DNA of 64,000 nucleotides from the NCBI GenBank assembly GCA_964304625.1, contig OZ199839.1, positions 633,416-697,415 of the forward strand, written 5' to 3'. The notes beneath the pieces were generated by a model. The model was not told where the DNA came from. It saw nothing but the letters and a program-made list of their open reading frames with translations, and did no database searches. Of this stretch, positions 13,001 to 27,853 are shown piece after piece. Numbering within the stretch: position 1 is the first letter of the stretch; every line of letters starts with the position of its first letter. Origin of the DNA: Kudoa neothunni. Lineage: Eukaryota > Animalia > Cnidaria. Both the position numbers and the translations under genes were made by a program.

Positions 13001-16000
13001 ATAAAAAATTATAACTAAAATGGAAACTTTTGATTTTATTTGGCATATCGTTGATTTTTTGAGAAATATTTCAGCTAGACATTTTAAATTTTATCACAAA
13101 TGCATGTGCGCGGAGCGGTTAAAATTTCGCAGATCTTTAATTATTCTTTTAAAAGTTTCAACATTTTTTGGATTAACTAATAAATGAAAAAACAATGATG
13201 CTTAAGTCTGCATTCATTGGGGTTTCGATTATAATTCTATTATCCACGAGAATAAATAATTTTTTCCTTTTTAATAACTTGAATTCGATACTAATACTTA
13301 ACTTTAAGATTTTTTTCAATTGTGTTTTGAATTGGCCGAGAAACTTCCTTCGATGATTCCTTGCTTATTGGAGATACTTTTGAAAAATGTATTTCTCAAA
13401 ACTTTAATTGATTTCCACATTAATTTCAACTTTTCAATAGATTAAACTTCATCATATCGATATGGAAACCGTTCAGTATGATACCCACCCTAATAAATGT
13501 TTCAGCGCGATTTTGTTACGATGCATTTGTGGATTAGCTGAGCATTTGGTCGAGGGAAAAAGTAATGATGTCGAAGATGAATGCTTCGCTTCTTCCCTTG
13601 AAACAATTCAATCAATAATTCAACAGCTAACATGCATTAACAGCTACCCTCTATCTATCACGACAAAACAACTTTCATCAATATTAATCAATCAAGGCAA
13701 AGGAATATTTTTTATGGAAGATTTTATTGGTCTAACCAAACAAATTTTTGCTCACCATCCTGGATGTATTGATGAGTTATTCAGTTATATCTTAACGGTC
13801 GATGATAATTTAGAACTTTATTTGGGTGTAGCTTATTTTTTGAACAATTCAACTGCATTAAATGGTCAACTATTTAGATGTATCAAAAGCTTACTCAAAT
13901 GAAAGTCTTTGATATAATTCTGCCTTTGATATCCAGTGATTTTAAAGACGAAATTCCCGCGCTGTTACATATAATTGCTTGTCAAAATATCAATTTTTCG
14001 GATGAAACTGTATATTTTTTATTATGATTTTCTTATCTTCATCATCAAATATCTATTAGATATGTTATTCAAGCGGTAGTAATTATTGGACGCTTTTTTC
14101 ATTGTTTATCTCCCATGTGGAAAGTTGTATTTCATTTGTGTGTGACAATTGTGCGAATCCAAAGCAATCACAACAATTAGCAACTTCTTTTCTGGGAGCT
14201 GTAAGCAAAAAGTTTCCAACGGCCCGGCAACTTTCTGGTTGTTTGCTATCATTAAATCAAGAGCACTCATCCCACTGTTGGTCCATTACCACCACATTTC
14301 TTCGTTTGTGCCGTTATCAACAAGATTGGCCTTTAATTAGCAGCTATTTTCCTATTATTCTTGAGTATTACTATGGCATGCTGATTGGAACCGACAACAG
14401 TGATGGAAAGTGTGGTTTTCAACGTTCACGTCCCACTCTGTCTAAATCGAAGATATGTAAGTTTGTTGGAGCTCTTCAACAACTACCTACGTCCTTGTTT
14501 GTATGTGCAGTATCCCAGCAGAAAGTAAACTTATTTTAACTGAGTCTGGGGTTTTGGCTTACCGACATTGAATGTTAATTGTTATATGTATTTATGCATA
14601 TCGCTATTTAAATTGCCATGACATCTGTTTAGAGAAGACGGGTGGGTACTCTTTATTTTCGATAAGTCCCTATTTTATTACATTTAATATTCATTCAAAT
14701 TTTAATTATTGATTTTCTTGCTAACGATTCTATCTTGTTTATATTTTGATATATAAAAGAATATTTTCCGTTTTAACTTTTTAATGAAAGAGATGTACTA
14801 AGAATTTTACGAATTGTTTGTTTTTGAATATTTGATCTCATTAAATAATGAGTCTTTAAATCTGTTTCGGTTACAAAATTTTATTTTTTTATGTGATATA
14901 CAATCGGCTGCGCATATTTTATATGGTCGTTATTTTCTAGACGTCTCTCAACTGGTCGCTTGAGTCATTTAGTATAACAGAATTTTTTATTTCTACTCAA
15001 AATAAGCGGTCCATTCATTGCGCGTACGTCGTGCGTGGTAATAAATTGTCGGTTGTTTATTTAAATGAACCTAATTTTTAATTATTTTTATTTTTTATAA
15101 CATCTTTATTCCTATAGTATTTTTTACAGTTCTAATTATTAGATGCAATCGAAATCTATGATTCTGTGCGTCCATCATTAATATTTTTAAATATAACCTT
15201 GAAATGTATTTTCCAAAACAACTCGAGTATTAAAAATTAAATTTGGTTTAATGAATTATGTGAGAATTAAAAAAATTTTATTATTTTAACGGCTTTTTTA
15301 CAAATAAAAAAGTTTGCTTTGTGCACCTAACTAAATTTTAACAAGATTCTCACATTACATATTGTTGATAGGAGTTGCTAAAATAATAAATACTGTCTTC
15401 TAAATATAATCTATGACTTTTGTTTAATTTAACGAATTTTAATTTTTAAAATCCAATCATTCGAATATTTTTAATAAGAAAAATAAAAATATGTTTAATT
15501 TATAAAAAGAAACTGCCTCTGGCTCATTAAAATACTACCTGCTACAATGGGTGAAGGGTAGTTCGTAATTTCTAAGATTGCGCGCACGACATTATGGAGG
15601 TAAAAATGCTATAAATAAACTATAATGATAAATTTTTTTGAAGGAAATTACTCACTTATAGTAATATTTTTAAGTTTTCTGACAATTATATTGTATACTT
15701 CTCGTTCAATATCCGTTTGATGTTTATAACTATTTCATCCTTGATATTTCAAATAACGTCTTAAACCAGACAAATGAGAGAGGAAATTTTGAATGGAATA
15801 ATTTTTCGTTCTCTATCTCCAAAATAAGACACTTGTCACCTCTGTGACAGTTACCGTCATTTATAAAATAAAATCACTAATATGGGATTCGTTTTCAATA
15901 TTATTTCCGCCCCCATGCCTTCGTTAGTTTTTGAAAAACTTTATTATTTTGTATTTCTCTTTTAATGTTCTAACTCAATTTTTGTTTGTATCCTCCATTT

Positions 16001-19000
16001 AGTCACTAATCGAAAACGATAATCTCAACGCATCTGAGAAGTTACGAACCACACGTCACTACAAAATAATCCATAAAAACATAATTAATTTAAAAATATT
16101 TTATTTATATTCTTAACGGTCAAATAAATGTTTTTAAATAATTTGTGAAATAAATAATTTTATAATCTTATGTATACGTTAACTTTGTAACATTTTCTCA
16201 AATTACGAATAACATGTCACTATGAACCACCCCCACCCATTATATATATTGTATGCATGCGCGACTTTTAATTTTCATTTAACTCCAACTTTTTTAATTT
16301 GTGTTAAAGGCGTATTATTTTCTGTATAAAACCAAAGATGCATCGAACTCGACGAAACATTGGCCAGTGGCGAGGTGATAAGACACCTTTTTTCACGAGC
16401 TGTAGTTTTCAATATTTCGTTATTTGCACGTTCGCTTGTCGTATTAAGTTTTCGTTTCTATGAAATAAACTTATTTTTTAAATATTACATTATAATAATA
16501 TTTTTGTGAAATACTATTTTAAGCCATGTATCTTCATTTTTGAAGCCTTTATTATTGTGATAATATTTATTGTCAAAAATTTTGATAAAACATTAAGCTA
16601 AGCCTTGGACGTTCAATTTCATTTTCACTTTCACAATCTTTATTAATCGTTCATAATATAGTTTATCTCGTGTTTGTCGGTTGTATTTGGTATTATTTTG
16701 ACTTGGGATTCGTTCGATGAAATATTGAATTTTGTATCTCTATTTTTTAAAGTAGTTTCATTGAAAAATTTTGTCCTATTATTTTATTCTTCTTAGTTGA
16801 GGTGCGGAAGTGACGTAAATGATTCTCATTATATTCTGCATCGTTTTGAAGTTATTCTTTCTTATTCTATCCAAAAGAGTAGGTTTATACATTGATTTTT
16901 GCACCGCTAAACACACATTTAGTAATGAGTATAATGGATTCCGACTCGTTGCTTGAATTCCTCTCTCTATTGTTTAACGATATTTTTGTTTTCTCAAATA
17001 TAGACAAAGAATTGCTAGGTGATTGTACGCTTCTTGATAACCTTCCAAATAAAACTCAAATCGAGTAATACGTTCAATTATCTATAGTGTTTTATTTGGA
17101 TCATATTTTTAGGTTGACTTTATCACTGATGTTCTGTCTCACCACGAGAATTGGTTCTTTAGAAAGAGGAACTGAATCATGTAATTTTTAGGAGGCATTA
17201 ATTATTAAATTTATTGTTAATATGCAGTTTTTTTGAATTTATTCATAAAAAATAATCATTTTTACTCTCTCATAATTATTAATTATAGTAGTAGTAGTAG
17301 TAGTAGTAGAAATAATTACATCGATTTTAGGTTTAATGGCTGTGGGTCTGTTTTCATTTATTTCAGACTTGAATGTGCTGATTTATGAAAACAATTCAAT
17401 CACTCTTCAAATACTAACAAGCATGCTCAATAAAGTGTTCAATATTAGCTCGTCTCAACCAAAATTAAATCAACACTTCATATCAATATTATCGAAGGAA
17501 TATTTTCCCGCCATAGGATCGGAGATCCATAACCCAACCCTTCGCGTGCTTTTGCGATGTATTAACTCAAAATCAATAAAACATGATGTAGCAGATATCT
17601 CATCCGACAATTTTACAATCGAACTGTTATGGTTATGTCGAATTTCCCCCGATATTGCCAAATATCTTCAAACAAATAATTTTGATTCTCCAAACTTATA
17701 CTATGAAAATTTTCTTCTACATCACCACCTCAATATCAATAAAGATTGCGAGTCTATTACATCTACTCCGTCGCATCAATCCGAATATTGCAATGCACCT
17801 CTCAACATCTTTGATATCATTATTATGGATTGTTTAAATAAATCTACCCAGTATGGCTCAATCGATAGCATAATTCATCAGTTGCTATTGAAACAATCCC
17901 AAGCTATAGAATATGGTTTTAAATCGGTAGACGATTATACTACAAAAGTGACTTTAGAGTCATGCCAGACTCTTTTTGAATTTAGCAAAGACCTTCGTTC
18001 AAACGAACGGATCAACTCTACGATCCTACGTCTATGCAGTCAGTTTAGTGAGAAAAATAAACCGCTAGAATGGATTCTGCAAACATTTATATTAATCGAC
18101 TCTAACAAGCGAACTGGATCCTTTACAAATTTAATATTTTCAATATTGATTGAAATTTTTGGGCGCGAAAAAGTATTCTCAGTTTTATCGTCAAGAATAT
18201 TTGTTGAAAGTATCGACGATGATCTCCGATTGCAGTTACAACTTGTGTTTGATTTGCATTTGGATCGTTCCAAGACTAAACAAAGGTCATTAGATACACC
18301 AAAATTTTTTGAGAATTCATCTGCCAGCTTTCAAATGGATAACTATCATTACCGACGTTTTATGCGATGTGTTGATGCCGCGGAGGATTTATCTTCGGTA
18401 GTTTTCGACGACTTTAAAAAATTCCCTTATTTGTTGGTTGTTTGTCTTCCAAAATTAAGCCCTGCCAATCAAACGATTTTTTTGGAAACTTTACTTAACG
18501 ATTATGTTTTCAACTGTCATGACGATGGATTAAATTCGACTATAGCGTTTCTACGAGATATTATTGAAATATATACCTGCAATAAACTAACTCATCTGCT
18601 TGAACCACATTCAAAAGCAATTTTAAATTATATTTTGAATTTGGATTATGAACTTTATTACATATTGGATAATTTGGATAATGTTTGCGCCATTGTGAAA
18701 TTAATTTCGACTGATGCTTGTGAAGTTGTCGAGCTTATTAACAATATCAATTATGATAAGAATAATGGCATCTCATGTTATAATATACCAACATATGTCT
18801 TTCCGATAATTCGTCGCTCTTGTAGTTCTCATGCCACATTCACATCTAATAAGAAACGTGAATACTTTATCAAGTTATGTTTGGATAAGATTTTGAACGT
18901 TAACAATATGATCGAATTTGTCATTGGCTACCAATGTCAACATCTCGATAAGGCTATTTCAATAAAAGATGTGGAAAACTTTGTTGAATTGTCCCATTGG

Positions 19001-21273
19001 TTTATTTTCGAGGTTGTTGATAAGCTACCCCAAACTACTATTACACTGCTTCCTCAAATAATTAACATATGCGAATGTGTATTGTGTTTCTATGAGGGAA
19101 CTTGTTCATCTATTGATATTAAACTCGATCAATTAATTGAATGGATTCACATTAATTTATCCGCAAAAATACTTGATAATTATTATTTTAAAAAAAGGTA
19201 TAATAATAGTTTCTTAGTTGTATATTAATATTTTTATCTTTTAAATTTTTGTTTAATTAGATCAAACATGCTATTGCCCATAAAATGTGATATTTATTCT
19301 CGCGTTATTCTCAAAGATCGCGCCACTAAAAATGTGTCATTTTTCTGGGTCAGTCCTAAAACGCACCTGGAAGCAATTGACAGGAACCAGCTTTTTTACA
19401 GCATGGCACACTTTCCCCAGAAAAGGTGGTTGGGGAAGGGTGTAGTGGAGAGCAGTCAGTTCACGATGAATTCCAACGCCGACCGTATCTATCATCCAAA
19501 ATATATTCTGAGTCTTCTCAATGGTTTGCTTCTTGAGAGTGGCGTAAATTTGGAAAATGTCCTTAAGAAAGGCCTTCATGCCTACCTTTGTGTTTGTTTG
19601 TCGAGTGATTGCTCAAATTTGCGATTATGGGCAATGTTTCTCATCGAGAAATTAACCAAACTTATGGAGATAAGCTCAAGAAAGAACTGTTCCTCTTGGA
19701 AACTAATCACCTCAATTACTCGTCTTCTTATTTATAATCTAAATAATTATATCGCTACAAAAAAAGATATTAAACTCGAAGCAACATCTTACGATCACCA
19801 CTCATCAACATCTGTTGTAATAGAACAGCTTCCTTTTGTCAACAGTTATGTGATTGGATGTGTTTTGGGTGATTGTGTTTGCTATCCTGAATCTCAATTC
19901 AGTGAACAGATGATGCGACATATTGGAAAAATGTTTAAAAAGTCTCCAACCACCACCAACTGCTATCTTCTGAAATCGATTCAAAGTTTAACAGCGTTAG
20001 ACCAAGTGACTACTTCTTCTTTCCGACATCAACTTCTAACTCTGTCTATAACTTTGGTATCCACTTTGGATACAAAAATTTTGGAATATCATCATGTGAT
20101 TAGCTATTTGTTGAATTTGATGAATTGTTTCGAACGCTCTTGCGTCGTTAAAGCTTCTCACTGCGGTCATTTGGAATCCGGCCGTAATAATGTTGGATGC
20201 AGTTTATTTGTTCTTGAAAACCACACATCAGGAAACATCCTCAACAATTTTTTGTCAAATATACAACCGCAAAAATCAAAAACCATTCTCACTCCTAAAG
20301 ATAAACTACTCGCTCAACACACTATCATACATGCATTTATTATTATAATGGAGAAAAATCCTGACGTTTGTTGGCTCATTATTAAACAATTACGTTTCGA
20401 CTATTTCGTTCAATCTCTTTCAAATGCTACGACTGCTACCCACGATTCAAAACGCCTGCTTAAAATAATGGTTAATCAATTCCTAACGTCATTAACCATA
20501 AAAATGGCCAAGTTAACCCCTAAAAAGGCAAAAAAGATGTCATCCTCAGTTATCGATCAGTTTCATTCATTCGTTTGTAGCTACTCTGATTTGGTTGGCT
20601 CCAGCATTTTGAAATTTATAGAAGTGTTGTGCTTCTTTTATAGTCATTCTTCAAATGATTTCCATGCCACTTCTATTATTGCTTTGTTAAAAGACAATTA
20701 TCTACATAGGTTCATTTTTGATGTGTTAAAGACCATCTCTACTAATGTATTTTCAATTTTCTATGTGTTAATTTAACTTATGGTTGTTTAAAGGACGTAG
20801 AATGTCTTCCTACATACCTTTTTACACTTTTTCACTATTTCCTTCAATTTTTTCTCAGTTTCGACCCCAAACCTCCCAAACAAATTATTGACTATAGTTC
20901 CGTCGTGATTGTTGACTTTTTCTCAGCTTGGAGATATCTGCTGATTAATTTGAATAAAAAATGGAAAATCGACAAAACTGCCAACAACAAATTAAAATCC
21001 CTCTTAAAATTAATTGATTCCTTTGTTCAGAGTCATTTTATCGTATTCAGTCTCCATCAAAGGTTTTTATAGTCATACAATAAACAATAATTAATATTAC
21101 CCTTCGTTTATAGATATCAGCTGGTAGATGTTCTTACTGTTGTGGTTTCGAGAAACGACCTCATATACAGGTGGTTCTCTGCGTATTGTTCATCCTCTTG
21201 CTCTACCACTGTTGCTGATTCAATTGTTAAGTTATTAGATAAAATTTTAGAACGTGTAAAATATATTGAATAG
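10031..21273 (+). CDS. URB1: Nucleolar pre-ribosomal-associated protein 1 (URB1/Npa1), multi-exon; 5' exons approximate
   Basis: Long exons at 17332-19198 and 19261-~20745. C-terminal NopRA1-like motifs YHPKYILSLL...GLHAYLCVCLSSDCSNLRLWAMFLIEKL and QLPF...YPESQFS. Additional same-strand helical-protein exons near 10031, 10206, 11192, 13309, 13441 and 14102. Last exon ends KYIE* at 21273. Confidence 0.72.
11523..11740. mobile_element. Terminal fragment of the pogo/Tigger element at 32254-34217, in a URB1 intron
   Basis: About 220 bp closely similar to 32254-32475, starting TA|CTATCGAGATTGGATA. Confidence 0.85.
12045..12229. mobile_element. MITE with perfect 16-bp TIRs, superfamily unassigned
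   Basis: TGGCTATTGACACGGA ... TCCGTGTCAATAGCCA; related copies at about 3136 and 8635. Confidence 0.75.
17286..17309 (+). repeat. (TAG)n microsatellite in a URB1 intron
   Basis: About 8 TAG units. Confidence 0.85.
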
Positions 21274-21382
21274 TTTTTTGACTATTTTTTTTCAGCTACA
21301 AAAAATTAAATTAATGTGGAAAATGGAATGGGCATAACACCTATTTCATTTTTTTCGAATTCGAGGAAAAATCGCATTTTAA

Positions 21383-22700
21383 CCTTCCAAGTATAATTGA
21401 GGTCCAAAGGACCACGTTTTTATTTGAGAAAATATTTGAAGAAATGATAATATGAATTTTTTAGATGTTTTTAAAATATTTTATTGATTATACATTCAGT
21501 GATTTTACAGATGGCATTATGTAATATTGTGTGCGCATATGCGAATGATAAAGAAATATTTTGACCACAGCATATGTATTACTTTTGAGATCGCATATTT
21601 TCTATAAACATAACTCAAAATTCAGTTCACTTAGAAAAATTAATTATTTATTTAATTTTCGCTTAAAATGATAAAAAAACATAATCCTGGCATAGACTAT
21701 TGCCTAAAACAGGTGACATAGATACTCTATGAAATGTTTATTAAGGCGGAAACGACGCGTGAGAAACCCACCTAAATCTAAATATACCGTAGTTCTTCAA
21801 CATCGTAAACTTCCCGGATTATTCCGTTACCGCAATATTTTCCATACCATCAAGATGTAAAACGCATTATTTGGCGGAATATACATAAAGAGATAAATCT
21901 TGATATATCTTTCCTTCTTCTAACCTAAATAACTCTTTAACCGATTCTCGATTATCCCTGTGATATCCCATCAGAAATAAACAGCTAATGAACCCATCCA
22001 ATTCGATCCATCTATCCCCAAAAAATTTTCCACCCGTGTACTGGTATATTTTAAAATAATGGTGTACATAACAAAACTAAATATTATTATGAAAGCATCA
22101 ATTGTAGTTTGTAATAAAAACGGAGAGACACCAAGACGATTATTCACAATATTTGCAACACATGTTCTAGATGCTAACGGCGGGGGTTCATTGACCGCAA
22201 CATTCCGTTCTTGTTCATTAATGAGTTAAATTGTATATTAGTATCAATATCAAAATTTTCTAACGATAAATAATCATGAAACCAATAAAGTGAATCTGAA
22301 GACTCGGTATCAGAGTAATTATTATCAAGGTCGCTTAAACACATCGTTTAAATAAATTATGGTGCATGCGCGATGTAGATTAAGATATGATATTCATGTG
22401 ATAAAAATATATTTACTCGATAGAATTTTTTTAAAGTTTCCCCACACATTTACTTCAATATTTTGGATAATTAGATTTAAAAAAATCGTGGGGTCTTTTG
22501 GGCCCCAATTTTACTTGGAGGGTTTTTTTGCATTGAGTTTTTTTCTACGGAATGAAAAAGTTTGTTGATTAGTGGAATTTTACTACAGAAACTTTTAGAG
22601 GAATAGAGCGTCTGCCGAAAATTTTTCACAAGTTAATGTGGCAGAAAATTGATAACTAATGTCACCTGGAGTCCAAAAGACACCAATTATACTTAGAGGG
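21383..22700 (-). mobile_element. Decayed piggyBac-type element with two right ends
   Basis: TTAA|CCTTCCAAGTATAATTG ... CAATTATACTTAGAGGG|TTAA. An extra internal end CAATTTTACTTGGAGGG finishes at 22522. Possible degraded transposase N-terminal region on the minus strand. Confidence 0.75.
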
Positions 22701-24248
22701 TTAATAATACTATATGATCTGAAGGTTTTCCCACTAAATCAAAGATGAGCATAATATTGTCTGTCAATGATGTTTCATCCGGTCTTCGAGAATAAATAGC
22801 AAGCTTGTTATAAATTTCATCTATTGTTGACAGACTTTGCTTCCAGCTACTTCTTAAGACAGTTTGAGGGTAAAACTACTATTGATTACGTGTATACATC
22901 ATGCTTTCGTATATTTTATAATTTAGTTTAATAAATTTTCGCGTTATATTTATAATTAGAAACGCGAATAACTATTAAATTGCGCAACGAATATTTGGAA
23001 TATTTGATGGTATGACTAGAAAAATAGATTAACGGTTATATGCATTATATCATCAATCTGTAAAAGCCAAAAAATCTTAAAAATGAAGTTTGATATTTAT
23101 TTTATTGGGATGATGCTTTATACCAAGAGATTGGTTCTACACGAAATAATGAAATTGTGTCACAACAAATTTATTAACTCAATAAGCTGTACAAAAATTC
23201 ACGAATAGTAAATAATGTACCGTTCAATTTTAAGGCGTTTTCGTAGAAAAATTTAAGCAAGTTCGAAATTTTTGAATCCATTTTTTCATTGTAGTTGCAA
23301 GAGTAATTGGAAAATGGAATATACTTTTATTTGGGCCGTGTAACGCTATACATTTTACCTTAATGAACTTTAAAAAGCGGGAAATTTGTATGAATACCAC
23401 GTTCTTATTAAGTATTCAATTCATGAGTATTTTTTAATATTTAGCAATAAAAAGCTTATTTCCTTATTTATTAACATGCCCTTGTAAAATTCAAAAAATA
23501 TTATTCAAATTTTATATTGAATTTTGATTAAAAACACTCTATTTTACAAAAATTCTTTTCAGATACATCTGGTCAAATGTATTCTCATTATAAAAACCGA
23601 GCCTGTTAGCGATGAAAATGCGACAATCTTGTGTACGTTGAAATATACTTCCCATTCTGTGCTAAATTTGATTATTTTGATCTCAAAGTCGTTTTTACGC
23701 CAAGAATATTATATTTGGAAAATTAGGGGATTATTGCTTGAATCAATAAGATTTGACGAGACCCCAATAATACAAAATACCTTATTTATTAATTTTCTTG
23801 TATTGTTAAAATCATATAAATATATAAATTTTAGTTTGTTTGAATTTTATACATAATGCAAACCATAAAAGTGATATATTTTTTTTTAGTTAATTTTTGG
23901 AGTCATTACTTATCGGTTTGTATTTAAACGTTCCAATGTTTTCCTATATTGTAATTATTCATGAAATATTTTTTATTTACTCTGTTATATATATGGTCAG
24001 AAACATCGGAAGTAGCTTCCAAATTTAAAATTTTATTCAAGTCGATATCAAAAATTCCTACTTTACTTAACCAATTAGCATTATAAAAATATTCTTAAAT
24101 TATTTATTAATGAAGTAAAGAGTTTATCATCGTGAAACGTTTTGTTCGTAAGTAGTATTTAGAAGCGTATGATGTAATCATGATCGGCCCTGTTATACGT
24201 GTACTGACTATCCCTCGTTGTTTAAACCGGGGTTCTCTAACCTGGGGT

Positions 24249-25581
24249 CAGGGTTGTCAGACGATTTTTGTAAATATTACCAAAAAATTTAAAATCGTTC
24301 TAAAATTTTAAAAAAGGTTCCATACTTTATAAATAATACAAATAATATAATTCTAGCAACATTAACTAATCGAAACAGAAAAAATAGTTGATTGCATCTA
24401 TTTACATCTCAAAATATTAATCAATTATCACTGCCTTCCTCATCATATAGGTTTATTTTTTCAATCTTTTTAGTCAATTGATTAGAGATTAGATGGGTTC
24501 CATCTCGTACGATCGACTTCTCTCAGTAAATATTCAGTATATAGTAGAGCATTTGTTGTTTCATCTTCTAATATAAATCTGTTTTTAACTTTGTTTTTGT
24601 TCACTGATGAAAATAATCTGTCAGCAAATAAAGGCAGCATTAATTTTGACAGCAATCGATACTTAAGTGGTTCTTCTCTTCTTTCATCTGCGACCGCATA
24701 CCAATATTTCTTTGGTTCTTTTTCAATGAAATAATCATTATTTTATTTGCCAAGTTCTATCTATTCATTTTCAACAATAATATTTGGAAATCCCATTGAG
24801 ACGGGGGTAATGGAATGGGGCTTTCCTACATTGACATTTGAAGGATGCACTGCTTCAAGTAATTGTAAAGTTATAAATTTTGAGATGTTTAAAAACCTTT
24901 GAAATATCTATTTCATCTGTAATAAATGGAAATCTAGAGTTTTGGTATGAGAGTAAACACGATCTTGAGTACTTATTCCAGTAGTATTTTCATTCTAAAT
25001 TGATTCTACTTTTGACTCACAATAAAACTTATCCGGAAGAATATAACTTTAGAGGTATTTAAAATGTAAGCTTCAGGTGTTCTTTTTCTAAAGGCCTCTC
25101 CAAAAATCATTGGGTTTCATTTTAATAATATTTTTAAGGGAATTTTCTATTTTATGCAATCCAAACTCTCATCTTGTGATTCAACTTTGACTTTATTGAC
25201 TATGGGTAGTAAAAAAGTTTAAAAAAGCATATTACATTTTATTTATAGGTTTAAATAGAAGTTCAAATATTTTAGGTGCTGGTTTAGCCCTGTTTTCTTA
25301 TGATCCGTCATTGATAAACGTTATGAGAACTGTCTATTCTTCCAATATTTTCTGAATAACTTGCTCAAGAGACAGCCATCTTATGCACCAGAGATACAAT
25401 ATCATCTGATACCCGATGCCGAACAATTATTGTAATTCGTTGTATTCATTTTGACGTTATGAGTTATTTGAGGGATATGAGTGGATACTTTGTGCCGAAG
25501 TCATACCAAAAGTACCAATACCTTTGTTTAGGGCGAAAACGTTACAATTTGGTACGTTTTGTACCAACTCTGGCAACTCTG
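24249..25581 (-). mobile_element. Internally deleted hAT transposon with transposase remnants, nested in another hAT-type element starting at about 24227
   Basis: TIRs CAGGGTTGTCAGA / TCTGGCAACTCTG; TSD CCTGGGGT/CCTGGGTT. Minus-strand remnants IRWLSLEQVIQKILEE* and dimerisation-like KYRLLSKL...DRLFSSVNKNKVKNRF...TTNALL. Confidence 0.85.
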
Positions 25582-25828
25582 CCTGGGTTCCGTGGATTAA
25601 TTTCAGAAGGTTTATGCTCTTCAAAAATTTCACACATAAAAATTGTTCTTTTTTTATTTCCTAGGGATAATACAAGCCTAATTTAAAAAAATGATAAACT
25701 TCGTTACACAAACGCAATTAAATGCCTATTTCAAAGTTATTTATTTTTTTACATTTATATTTATTTTTAAGATATATTATTGAATTTTTATCTCCAGTAA
25801 TTTAAGAACAACAATTTTATCGATTTAA

Positions 25829-26726
25829 CCTTCTAAGAAAAATGGGTCGGTTTCTACCCCAAGTGAATTTCGGCAACAATGGTGTAAAGTATTAATCGAA
25901 CATAACTTCGCTTCAGTTTTTGTAACCTTTTATTTTTATGAAAACTTTCAGGAAAATGAATGGAAATTTTTTTGCCATATATCAAAAAGTTAATGTCAAA
26001 ACACATTTTTCGTTCAATAAATTATTCAAAAAATCGATACATGCCATTTTTAAAAATTTACGGAAATTCTATTAAGTAAATAATGAATAAATAACGAAAC
26101 ATCATCAACGATATGCCAGTACGCATGCGCCACGTGGATTTAAGCACGTTATTCTCCCATTATTCTTGTACTAGTTATTCCAAATATGATGTCTCTTTAT
26201 TAGGTTTCTTAGTTAGGCGTCGTACAGAGCATCCAAAAACATATGTGAAAATTGTTAATCAATATTCTTAGTTTCGTATTGTAGGGAGCATCAAAAAACG
26301 TGATGTAATTGTTTAACAGTTTGACAATTTTTTTGTTAAAGAAGGGTTTAAAACATATTATAAATTTTTGTGAAATAATCACTGTTTTCTATCGTTTTAT
26401 GTTTTTCTGCGCGGTATTACATTGCGTTGTTTAAAAAAATGTAAATTAATTGGCAGCTGTTATAAACTTTGGTTAAATTTTAAAACTGAAAACCCGCGGA
26501 AATACACCTACGAATACAATTATGCTCCAAAGAAATGGAACAAAATTAATGTGCACGCATGCGTACACATTAATATAACTTTAATAATTGGTCATTTATT
26601 CCAAATTTACTCGATGAATTTTCCTCTTATTTTTTCAGTCAATGCTGACTTTTATGTGAGACAATTTTATCAAATAAAAAAATGGGGTAGATTTCCACCC
26701 CATTTTTATTATTTTTATTTGGAGGG
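25829..26726. mobile_element. piggyBac-like MITE
   Basis: TTAA|CCTTCTAAGAAAAATGGGTCGGTTTCTACCCCA ... TGGGGTAGATTTCCACCCCATTTTT...TTTGGAGGG. Confidence 0.6.
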
Positions 26727-27853
26727 TGTAAATTTTTCAAGTACTTTGCCGGCTAATGATGCAGGTTGAATCACAGTCAGCATGATTAAAATCTATAATA
26801 ATTAATAATGCTCTTTCTGTGGGGTTTAGAATTTTAATTTTTAAATTTTTCATAGATTTTTAATTATGTCCGTATCGATTTATTAAAATTTGATAATTCA
26901 AGGATTACCAACAAAATTTTATTCAAAGCGGGTATATAATCTATATAAAATACTTTATAAAATATATCTCTTGGAAAAAATCGATCAAAGTGATATTACA
27001 ATAAAAAAACTCATTTTTCAATCCAAGAGATTTTCGGAAGGCGATAAAAGATGTTTTTGATTTTTAATTCATTTATTAAGTCTCGGTGATCTTATTCAGT
27101 CGTTATAATTTCAATATGAGGTTGGAAAGTAAGACAAGTAAGGGTGACTTCCACCGTTTAAACTGAATACAATATAAAAATACTTTAAACGAGGTTTTTC
27201 TTCGTTATTAATGTAAACGGATGACCTTTTTCTTTTTCAGGGAAACCGTATTTGAGATGAATAGTACATCTTCCATTTTGCTCTGGTCAACATCAACTAA
27301 CATAAAAATATAGAATGTCCGTACTTCTCTTAATTTTTCAAAACAGAAATTTATGTAGAAGACTTAAATTTTTTCACCTTCAGGTATATTAACTAACGTA
27401 ATAAATTTTTACATTTAATTATTTAACAGTTATAATATATAGAACATATGTGTTAGATTAATATAACTTTTTAATTACGATACAATTTTCCTGACAACGT
27501 TACCGCGTTGAAAAGAATAGCGCTAATTGCGCACGAAACGCAAGGACGTAGGTTATTGGTTCACCGCTAAAGAGCAATCAAGTGTTGATTTTGGGCAGAA
27601 ATAACTACAAATTTTAGTATGATTCAATATCTAAGCTTTAAAATAAATTTATTATTAAGATTGAAAAATATATCACTTTGATTTAAAAGTAATTAATCTT
27701 AATAAATTCATCGATAAATAGATTTTTGGTTATATACAACTGTCAAATCCTCAAAAAATAATAAGAGTGAATAAAGACTCAAATAGTATGACTAACTAGC
27801 TAATAAGGAAATATTGTTATTGATGAAGATATTACTCAAAATTAGTGGTAGTC

